The position numbers and the translations under genes are program-made. Positions 17,415 to 29,186 of a stretch of 29,199 bases of DNA are shown here, in pieces (position 1 is the first letter of the stretch; every line of letters starts with the position of its first letter). A model generated the notes under the pieces. It saw nothing but the letters and a program-made list of their open reading frames with translations. It was not told the DNA's origin and made no database searches. This DNA comes from a virus: the IMG/VR virus record IMGVR_UViG_3300028591_004246, positions 64,001 to 93,199 of that record; one strand, written 5' to 3'.

Positions 17415-20400
17415 TTAATTTTGTTCTGGAATATAGAAGTAGCCCTTGTCTGTATTATTATTAACAGAACCATCTTTACGATAAGCAATATAAATAGTAT
17501 GCGGGATTCCTTCCAAATTCTCAAACTTTGCTTCTTTATAATTCATATTAGAGTTACCATAAGTATTATAATTATAACTACTAGTAGTTGGTTGAGCATC
17601 TATCTTCATAATCAAATAGTCATAATTAGATTCTCCATATGAACAATATTTAATAATAAATGTATCATATCCATCAATATTAATCATACAAGTATCAGTA
17701 GTGTTATGTTGATTTGTATGTTTACTACTATAATATACTGTATGACCATCTACTTGAGTTCCACTATCAGCTCATTCATCATTGTTAAGGTCTATAGTAT
17801 ATTCTTGTTGAATTAATATTACTCTTAATATCTTTGTAGCAGTTATACTATTATCATAAATACTAGTAGCTGTAATAATTAAAGTATCTCCATCAGAAGC
17901 ATTTACTAATTTAACTAGACCATTAGTATCAATAGTAGCATTACCTTCAATAGACCAAGTCACTCCACGATATTGCGGGTCAACATCAATACTATCATCT
18001 GGGTCTATATAGACAGGAGTTAATTGAGCAACTCTATCATAAACATCTTGTTTATAACAATTGATAGTTTCAATATTGGAATCTAATCTTATAGATACTA
18101 ATTCTTTATCAGAGCCATCTTTAAAAGCGCTTAAAACATTTTTCCATTGATAAGCTGCTTTATATGTTGGGAATAAACTTAATGGAATATAAATAGAGGT
18201 TACACCAGTAGAAGAAAGATATGTATTAGTATCTGAATTAAAGTTTTTAAATACTCCACGAGCATAAACTGTTCTAAGATTTGTCGCATATCTAAATATT
18301 TCTGATGTAGAATTAACTGCTGAAAAATCTCAACCAGAAATATCTATTGTATTTAATTTATCACAATAATAAAATAATCCATATAAATCTGTGACTGTTG
18401 AGAATGTTCATTTAGACATATCGAGTTCAGTAATTGCTCTATCATATCAAAACATTTGTCTAATAGTAGTAAGATATGGAGTATGCATTTCTCCAAAATG
18501 AATACTTGTTAAACTAGGATTATTTGCAAACATAGCTTGCATTGTAGTGACATTTGTTACATCCAATAGATCAAAGTCAAAAGTTTTAATTCTTGTTTCA
18601 TTAAAAGCATGACTTAAACTAGTAATTTGTGAGGTTTCACTATTAATAATATCAAAAGAGCCAATCTGATAACGACCACTTAAAGTAATATAAGTTCCAC
18701 TAAAATTATTAAATGTAATATTTAATGTACCAGCGCTAATATCATTCATAGTAGAAATAATGGTACTAATTCTACCGCAATCACTACAATTAATAAATTC
18801 TGTATTGGTAATTTTACTATCATAACGAAACATGTTAGATACATTTGCGGAAGATGGTATATTTGGAATAATAACACTCGTTAAATTTGAACAATTTGCC
18901 ATTGAATATTGTAAATTATTAATTTTATCAACAGATAATTTTGTAGCATCAAGAGTTGTCATTTTACCTTCATAGAAAGCATAATTAAAATTACAATCTG
19001 CTTGTTCTCGCATATTTCATTTTGAAGTATCTAAAATAGTTAAATAAGGACACATATGGAAACAATATGTATAATTAGTTACATTTGAAAAATCCATATT
19101 AATATCTTTAAGATTATGAATTCCAGTTCCCGCATAAGCATAATTTAATGAATTAGGTTTATTTCTTTCATGAATAACAATTTCTCCATTATTACTTTCA
19201 ATTCAATCAATCATATTAATATTTTTAATTCTAATAGCACTTCTAATAAATTCATTAAAATTATTATTAATAGTACCTTCAACAATTAAAGTAATAAAAC
19301 TATTACTATTATTAGCTCCATTACAAATTCATCTAATTAAACTATTTCCACCTGTTCAACCATTACATTCAGAAAAATAAATATTTTGAAGAGCAGAACA
19401 ACCTTTTAAACAATCAGTAGCATAGCCACTACTATAATCATAAAGTTGCTTAGCATTCCTAAATTCAATTGTGTCAAGAGTAATACAATTTTCAAACATA
19501 TGAGTCATATGTAAATAATAAGCTCGATTAGCAACTACTAAATTTGGAAATTCTATATAATCAATAGACGTACATTCTGCAAACATATAATCATAATAAA
19601 TATCTGTTCCTTTATTAATATTCATATTATAATTTTCAGGGAAAATAATCGTTTCAAGTAAACCACATTGATAAAACATATATCTTGAATTTTGAATTTT
19701 AGTAAAATTAGAATAACCAATATCTACAGTTATTAAATTAATACATCCAGAAAACATATACTGAGTATTATTTACATTTCCAACATTTCAAGTAGTCATA
19801 TTTATTTCTGTAATAAATACTTCCATATTATTTACAGTAGTTCCAGAATCTTCCATAAATTTAATTTTAGTTATTGCTCTACAATTTTGAAACATGTAAG
19901 ACATATTAGTAATAGGAGAAATATCAGCATCATTTGTAGTTGTTGTTAATCTAAATCAATCAATATAATCTAATTCATAACAATCTTGGAACCAACCTTG
20001 CATACTAGTAATTCCAATAAATTTAGAATATTTTAAATCAATAGATTTTAAAGCTCAACATCCAGCAAATAAATATTGAGCGCCAGAATCACTTAATTCA
20101 ACAAAATTTACACTACTTAAAGTTAAATTTGTTAAAGAATGACAATTAATAAACATTCTGCTAATATTAGTAGCTCTACATGGATTAGTAAATAAATAAT
20201 TAATATTTAAAGTTTCAAGAGCATAACAATTTCCAAACATATATTCTAAGCTTCTATCACCAGCTCATGGATAACTATTATTATTTTGTCCAACTCTTGT
20301 AAATGAAACATTATGTAAATCTAAAGATTTTAAAGCTCTGCAATGATTAAACATACCTTGACAATACATAACATTAGAAAATAATCAGCCATTATCTCCT

Positions 20401-23400
20401 TGATGTGTATTAATTTCTTCAAGAGCATAACAATTTTGTAACATACAGGTTGTACTATAAGCACCAATCATATTAAAGTGTTGATTTAAAGTTTTTAAAG
20501 TATAACAGTGTTGAAACATATATTGGAAATTAGTACATTTTTGAGAAATAAAACTATCAGGAAAAGTTAATTCTTCAAGAGCATGGCATCCTTCAAACAT
20601 CCCGTCAACTCTTTGAAGATTTGCTCCTCCAAAGGTTTCTGGAATTCTAATTGATTGAAGAGCATAACATCATTGAAACATTCTTTCTGCACTAGTATTA
20701 TTTATCATTGTAAAAGTATCTGGAAGATATAATTCTTCAAGAGACTCACAATAACAAAACATATACGTAGCATTATCTCCACTTCATAAAGAAGTATTAA
20801 AATTAGGAATCAAGAGATGCTGTAATGATTTACAATTATAAAACATTTGATAAAAATCAGAACATTTAATAGTATTAAAACTTGTTAAATCTAACTCTTG
20901 TAAAGATTGACAATCATAAAACATTTCATACATTGTAGTAACATTTTCTGTTGAAAAATTATTAAAATCTAAAGTTTCAAGTTTAGTACATGCATAAAAC
21001 ATTTCATTAAAAGTAGTTACTAAATCTGTATTTAATGGAGTTAAATCAAAAGTTACTAAAGAAGAACAATAACAAAACATATTAGCACAATTAGTTAAAC
21101 TGTGTCAATATTCCATACCACTAATATCTAAAGTAGTTAAATTAATACAATCATAAAATAAATTAGATACATTTTTAATACTTTGTCCTTGAGCCCCTCA
21201 TGTAGACATATCAATAGTAGTACCTCTATATCCTCTAAATAAATTAGCAATACTAGTACAAGTATTAATATTTCACTCTTCTAGATGAAGATCAACACTA
21301 CTACCACAATAAGTTCCGCCTATTGATTTTCCTGCTAAATAGAAAGTATTATTTCTATAAATAACTCTTTGTAATGCTGAGCATCCTCAAAATTGAGCCT
21401 GAATATTTTTAACATGTTCAGTCCAAAAACTAGAAAGATTAATAGTTCGAATAGTATTAGCATTTAAAAACATTACTGCTCAATTAATAGAAGTAGTTGT
21501 TTCTTGAATATTTCATTGAGACAAATCTACACTAGTTCCCTTATAGCCACTAAACATTGCTACAAAACTTGTTTGCTGTGAAACATCTCAATGACCAATG
21601 TTTAAAGGAATTTTAATATTATAAAACATTTGCCCAACTGCTGTATAATATGTATATCTCATACTTCCATTAGTACCAGTATCAATTCATCTTGTAGAAT
21701 AGTTTTCATTACTTCAATAATCAATTGAATTAGCCTTCATTATAAATGAATTTGTTTCAAAAGTTTTAAGTTTAGAACAATTATAAAACATAGCTTCAAA
21801 ATTTACAACTTTAGAAGTATTAAATGTTTGAATTTTTAAAGTAATTAAATTAGTACATTCAGCAAACATTTCTGCCATACTTGTTCCTTGAGAAGTATCT
21901 CAATTAGAAAATATTAATTCCGTACCTTTATAACCATAAAACATTCTAATAAAATATTTCATTAAAGAGGTATTAAAAAGAGTCAAATCATGAATTTGTC
22001 CTATACTTCCATTGAACATGTCTCTAACATTTACACTAGAATGGAACTTTCATTCATTTGTTATATACAAATCCTGTAAATTAGAGGTTCCATAAAACAT
22101 TTCTGACATATTGGTACAAAATTCAATATTAAAGTCTGAAAGAGTAATTGTAATTGCCTTACAGTTATAAAACATTTGTGACATATTAATACAAGATTCG
22201 GTATTAAAATCTAAAAGAGTAACTGTAGTTGCTTTACATTCTCTAAACATCTGCGACATATTGGTACAAACTTCTGTATTAAAATTTGAAAGTGCGATTG
22301 TAGTTAATACAACATTTGTATTATAAAACATTTGATACATTGTTGTTACATGAGAAACATCTCAAGTAGAAATATTAATTTCTGGAAGAAAACATCCACC
22401 AAACATATAAGTCATATCTGTAACTGAAGAAGTATCCCAAGTATTAAATAAAATTCAAGGAGCATGTACATCTGCAAAAGTATTAATCATATTCTGTACA
22501 GAAGAAATATCTCAAGTAGATAAATCTAATCCATTAGTAAAAGTAGACAGCCTAAACATAGCTCTGAAAGAAGTAATATTAGAAACATTTCAATTTGCAA
22601 CGTTTATATTTGTAAAAGTTGAACGATACAACATTGCTCTTAAATTAGTAATATTACTAAAATCTAAATTTTCAGCTTCTAATGTTCCAATAGTAGAATC
22701 ATAAAAGAAACTAAAATCACTATCTCAACTAGGAATATTTGTTAAACTAGTAATATCTCAATCTGTAATATTAATTAAATTTGCAGTACATCCTCTAAAA
22801 ATAAATTGCATATTAGTACAATTACTCATATCTCAGGTTCTTAAATCTAATTCAAGACTAGATGTTCCCATTTCTCTAAACATACCACTAGCATTTAAAA
22901 CTTCACTAGTATCAAGAATATCTAATCCTTCAATAGACTGCAAACCTTTTAATTTATAAAACATATTCATACTATTAGCATTTAAAATAATAGGTGCTGC
23001 AACTTCAAAAGTAATAGTAATTGTTCCAGTATTATTATCTCAATTAGCTACTACTGGAGAACCTTGAGAACCAATAGCAATACCAGATTTTTGAATACCA
23101 TTTTCAAATATTATATGTTTAATTTTAGTATCTTCAAAATTACCATCTGTAACATTACTTCCATTTGCCATACGTTTAATAGTATAAGAAAATTCACCAC
23201 CAGAAATTAATCTAGAATTATATTTTTCTGGAAGAAGCGGAAAATCATAATATGTTTCTACTTTAATAGGAATATCTTCATTTCAAACAGTATACATATT
23301 TTGAACACCAGTATACATATCTTTAGGAAATTGCATTGGATATAAAACTATATTATAATCTAAGTAAGTAGGAGAGACATAGAAAAACGCTCTATCCTCA

Positions 23401-26400
23401 TTTGAATCAACACTACCATCCTTACGATAAAGTAAAGTAATAATATGCGGATTATCATCATAAATTTCATATACAACTGTAGTATATGCTGTACTTGGTT
23501 TTTGATAAGTATGATATTCACAATTAGAAGTTGATAATCCAGAAGTTTGATCGAGTTTACTAACAATTAAATAATCATAACTTGATTCTCCATTAGAACG
23601 AACTCTAATAGAAAATCTTGAATAACCTTGTATAGTTAAATAACAATAAGCATTTCCATTAGCAATATGATAATTAGAATTACTTTTATAAATTTGAGAA
23701 CCATTTATAGCATTATCACCATCTTCAATCCATTGGTCATTTAAATCAATAGATCAAGAAGCATCAGATAGGTGTTTAATAGAATATCCTTCTATTTCTG
23801 CATTTCTAGCAGTATCATAAAATTGTCCTATATCCATTTGCTGCATAGCTAAACAATTATATAAACCATTCTCTTTTTCAGTATAATTAAATAACGTTCT
23901 ATGTTTGCGGAAATCGAGGTATGTCATACTTTCACAACCAGAAAAAATTTCTCGCATATCCCGCAAATAATTAGAACACAATAATACTATATTAGTTTCA
24001 ATAGCTTTGCAATTCATCATCATTTGATAAGCTGAAACTACAGTGTTAAATATAATTTCAGGATAGGCTTCTTGTTTAATTTCTGTTAAATTATAACAAT
24101 TCTTAAACATTTTATCAGCATTTTTAATATACATAAAAGGAAATACTTTAGTAACTAAATCATATGTAGGAGCTGCACCTGTAGATTTTGTTCCTTTTGG
24201 TCAAATAATTTTTTCAAGTTCATAACAATTTTCAAACATTGATGACATATTACCAATATTTTCAGATGTTAAACCAAGATTACCATTATTATTATATGGT
24301 AATCCAGTAGCTTGAGCTAAATTATGATAAGTTTGGAACATTCAAGTACTTAAATCAATTTCTTGTAATTTTCTACAATCTTTAAATATTCTAACAAATC
24401 AATATTTTTGACTATTACTAGTATTTTCAGAAGGAGAATATTCGGTTGTAGTACCTCTTCAATCACCAAATTTTAGATTAACTAAAACTAAATTTTCAAG
24501 ATTATAACAACCATCAAAAGTTCCTTCAAATTCTTGAGTTGTATTATAATTAGTAATATCTATAGGTCTATCATTTGGAAATTTAATACTTGTAATTTTA
24601 CGACAATTATAGAAAGTTTCTTTTAATGAAGTTAATTGAATATCATAACCGCCATATTGTAATCAACTTCTACTATATCCTGTAATTCAATTATAACCAG
24701 CATTAGGATCAATCTTAGAAATAAATTTAGAAAAATCTATACTCATTTCTAAATTTTTACAATTATAGAAAGTTTGACTTAAATTTCATAAAACCATATT
24801 TTGAGAGCCATTACTTGATTTATCAAATTGACCATTAGTAGTAATACTCTTTAAATTAGTAATATCAATTAATGACCCACAATTATAAAACATTTGTTTA
24901 AATTGATTATTAGAATGTCTATCAACATAATAAGTTCAATTATTAGAAGTATAATATCTTCTAAATGCTAAATTAATTTTTTCAGGTAAAATAATATGTT
25001 TAACATTTATACATTCTTTAAACATTCCTTCATAACAAGGACCATTAAAAACATTTGAATATTTTAAATTAATTTCTTCTAAAGATTTACAATTATAAAA
25101 TAAATAAGAATAATCGTATAAATTTGTAAAAAAGAAATATTTTAAATCTAAATTTTGTAAAGATTCACAATTATAAAAACATCTACCTACTAATTCAGTC
25201 TTTCTTCAATAAGCACTAAAACCAAGAGGCTGAGCATATTGTCCATGTAAATCTGTAATTGTAATTAAGGATTTACAATTATAAAAAATTCTATCAAAAT
25301 TACAATATAAATAACAATTAGACATATCAAGTGCGGGAAGAGATTCACAATTTTCAAACATACTAGCAGCTTTTACAAGACGTCCATGAAATTCCATTTT
25401 AACAAAATCTAAATTAATTAAAGATTTACAATTACAGAACATATAAGAAACATCTGTGACACCTCTTGTTCTTCATCTATCAAAAATAATAGATATTAAA
25501 GATTCACAGTTTAAAAACATTTGATTTGTAGAGTATAATCATGGACTTTCAACATCTCCCATATCCAAAGATTGGAGATTAATACAGTCTTTAAACATTT
25601 TTTTAATATCTCTAGCCATATGCCAATTAAAATTAGATAAATCTAATTGAGTTGCCAAACAACCCTCAAATAAATTATTAAAATAAATATTTTCTTTATT
25701 AAATTGTGCGGTCAATTGCTCATAAATCACATCTGGCAACCAAGCAAAAATATAATCTTTCTTTCTTGGAAATATAATTGAAGAAATATCAATTTCTCTT
25801 AAATTATTACATCCAGTAAACATATATGACATATCTTGAACATTAATTGTATTAAAATTAGATAAATCTGCAAAAAGTAAGGAAGCACAATTATAAAACA
25901 TATAAGACATATCTATAACATTATTTGTATCAAAATCTTTAAAATCAATTAAACTTAAAGATTCACAATTACTAAATAAATGTGTCATATCTGTTACTTT
26001 AGAAGTATCTATATTTTCAGGAAGTATAAGTTCTTTAAGATTTTTACATCCATTAAACATATATTCCATATCTATAACGTTAGAAAAATTAAAATGAGAT
26101 AAATCAATATAATCAAATAATTCACAATTATTAAACATATAACTTGTATCAGTTAATGTTTGTAGTTCTAAATTAGATAAATCTACGGTAATAAGCGAAA
26201 AACATCCGTCAAACAAATGAGAAATATTTGTAATATTTTCCCATTGAATCTTATTGAAATTGTTTATGCGTCGTAATTCCCGCATATCATAAAAAGTATA
26301 TTCTGCATTATCTCTAATTACAAAATTTTCAGCTCTGGTTTGAATAATAATTTTTTTAGTGTCACTATTATAATAAATGTATGGCCCAACATATTCTATA

Positions 26401-29186
26401 TCATTAATAGTAGTTACATATTGAGTACCATGTGGACTAACAATTCTTGTTCTAAAGTCTATACTTTTAATTTCTTGTAAAGAAACACCTTTAGTTGCAG
26501 AATAATTTTCTATCATATTCCGCAATGCCATCCCTGAATAAAATATATTATTATCAAAGCCATATGTTCTTTCTAGCAGCTCTTGGGTTACAGCTCTTTC
26601 TCTAATATATTTTCCAGGCCCATCAATTAAACCAGTAACATTAATATTAAAATTAGGAATAATACTTTCTTTAGTAGTATCATATTTTGATAAAATAACT
26701 TCGTTATCATTGTTAAGAGGAAGCTTATATCAAGGTTCATCCGTTGTTAATTGTTCATAACCATCTGTCTTTTCATAACTTTTATTAATTATAACAACAT
26801 TTGCTGTTGGAATATAATTTTTTAAACATTTTCTTAAAGTAGAATTATAAGATTTTGTTGCTCTATTAATAGTTTTCATTCTTCCTCAATCAACATCTGA
26901 GAAATTAATAGAACGTAAATCTGAACAACCTTTAAACATAGTATCTAAACCATAGATATAATATCAATCATAGTACTTTTCATCATATCCTCTATGTGTT
27001 TTTCTATAATTAGTCACATCTTCAAGATATATTTCATCACAAGGATCTTGAAAAGGAATTAATTCTTCTCTTGTAACAACAGGATTCATTTTAAAATTAG
27101 TAATATCAGTTAATCTCTCATCATCATTAAACATATATGCATAATTACAACAATAACTAGTATTAATTTTTTCAAAAGAAAAATCTTCAAGATAAATCAT
27201 TCCAGAGAACATACCAGAACCATCTGCTGGAATATAAAATTCATTTTCTGGTGTTGCTACAATTAATGTTTTAGTATCATGGTCATAATCTCATGTTAAA
27301 CTATTAGAATAAACTTTTTTACTATATTCATCTACTCTAACAACCAAACTATTAGGAAGCGGGAATAATACATTCGTTCTTCATTCTATATGTTTTATTA
27401 CTTTTCCAGCAAATTGTTTACTAAAATTTTGACCTAAGAAATTATGCATAGAAGGATATTCATAATAAGGCTCTGGTTTGACTATACAATCTTCTCTAAT
27501 ATATCTACCTATTTGATGAAGATTTAATTGATAAGTTCTAATACCAGTATTTTGTTCTATCATATAATATGGTAAAGCTAATCCAATATCTTTTAAATAT
27601 CCATCTCTATTTTGGTCAAGACCTAATAAACTAGAAGCAGCATCTTTATTCATTCCTGCATCAACTGCTAATTTAAATAAATCTTGCATATAAGCTTGTA
27701 CGTATTTGTCTTGAATATAATCACTATATGGAAGATTTACTGCTGGAGTATATTGACTATTCATATTAGTAAACATACCCTCTTGTACCATATTACCAGT
27801 AGTTAAATCCATTACTTCTTGAGTAACTGCTTCCGTATATGACATTCTTCAATCAATACGGAGTCCAGCTTCTACACTATTTAATAAATCATATCCTGGC
27901 ACTCCACTAATATTATATCCCATAAATGCACTACTAGAAGTCATTGTATTAACTTCTGTATAAGTAGTAATACTAGGTTTAATTCCTTCAACTGTTTGAA
28001 AATCTTGTCGTGGACTATAAGCATCATAGTGTGCAATTTGTCATCCATTTACACTTAACATAGTTCTAGAACCTGTTAAAATTTCTTGTAAATTTCAACA
28101 ATTATGAAAAGGAGAATTTATATGCAATGTTTCTTTACCAGAATAGAAGAAATTAATTCAATTAGTTCAATCAATTTTCTTTAATTGGTAACATTCAGAA
28201 AACATTCCTGAAATATTATTAATTGAAAAAACTGGACTATCAAAAGTAAATTCTTCAAGAGAAATACAAAAATGAAACATAAAACTTACATCTTTAAGAG
28301 ATGGAACTTTTCAAAATAAATTTTTAGGATTTGTTTTTAAACTATAACAATGAGAAAACATGTTTTTCATTGAAACCAAATTTGGAGCAAATATAGGTTC
28401 AATATTAACAGTAGTTAAATTAGGACAGTATGCAAATGTTTCTTGCATATATGTAACTTTACTGATATCAATACCTTGAAGATTTGCTTCTACGAGATTC
28501 GGACATTCAGAAAACATTTGAGTCATATTACTAGAACGTAATACTTTATCTCCATAAAATCTAAAATTAACAAATCCACATTGAGAAAACATTCCAATCA
28601 TTTCACATTCATGATAAAAAGTTGGAAGTTTAACCTCAACTAAACAAGAACAGTTTTTAAACATTCAATTTAGAATTCTAACATTGGAAGCGTCCCAAGA
28701 GGTCAAGTCAATTGTATTAATACTTAAACAACCTTGAAATCAACCCTGAAAACTTTTAACTAATGAAGTATCTAAATTACCTATATTAAAGATAAGTCAT
28801 AATTCACTCATACCAGAAAACATATTGGTCATATCTTCTGGAACTACAACTTTTCCATTAAATACAATATTTTTAATTTCACTATTATAAGCAGACCATG
28901 GATTAGTAAGATATTCTTCTGATAGGTAGGTAACTTTATCAGGATCACCAATTACTAATGTCCCATGGTTTGTAATAGCCCAAGGACAATCACCATTATA
29001 TCCAGAATAAATAATTTCTCCACCTCGAATATATTTTTCAAGGTCAGACATTTCTTTTCCTGGAAGGTCATCAATAGCAGAAGAAAATTCGTAAGGCATA
29101 TAGGTTTCATCTCGCCCATTCTTCTCACGAATAGCATCTGCAATATCCGTTAAAACAGATTTTTTAATAAATACTTCTTCTGCCAT
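17415..29186 (-). CDS. giant BspA/DUF285-type leucine-rich-repeat protein (3,923 aa with TGA=Trp); likely tail fiber / host-adhesion protein
   Basis: ATG at 29186 with SD AAGGAG 6 nt upstream. All 14 minus-strand track ORFs between 17415 and 29186 lie in one frame. I read every gap between them codon by codon and found only TGA (61 in total), with no TAA or TAG until the TAA at 17415-17417. The product consists of dozens of ~25-aa repeats of the form ..MFxxCxxL..lDlSnFnTSnVtdMsxMF.. The conserved S-W-D-x-S-N-V tryptophans are encoded by TGA. Confidence 0.75.
22103..22330 (-). repeat. three near-identical 75-bp tandem units (DNA-level) within the giant gene
   Basis: TGACATATTGGTACAAAATTC..., TGACATATTAATACAAGATTC... 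and CGACATATTGGTACAAACTTC... occur with a 75-nt period. Each unit encodes one 25-aa DUF285 repeat. Confidence 0.7.

Noticed and set aside
17421-17642. Plus-strand 73-aa ORF
   Set aside because: It is antisense to the C-terminal domain of the giant gene and is a low-complexity shadow ORF.
23360-23566. Minus-strand 68-aa ORF in a different frame from its neighbours
   Set aside because: It is an out-of-frame shadow ORF within the giant gene. Its Leu/Ile-rich product is not supported.
28955-29153. Overlapping +/- 62-aa ORFs near the right end
   Set aside because: These are shadow ORFs within the N-terminal region of the giant gene.
17415-29186. Many short minus-strand ORFs in the track (61-330 aa) looked like a field of pseudogenes or gene fragments
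   Set aside because: All are in the same frame. Every gap is bridged by TGA codons that fall on conserved Trp positions, with no TAA or TAG in between. They are therefore segments of one intact gene read with TGA=Trp.
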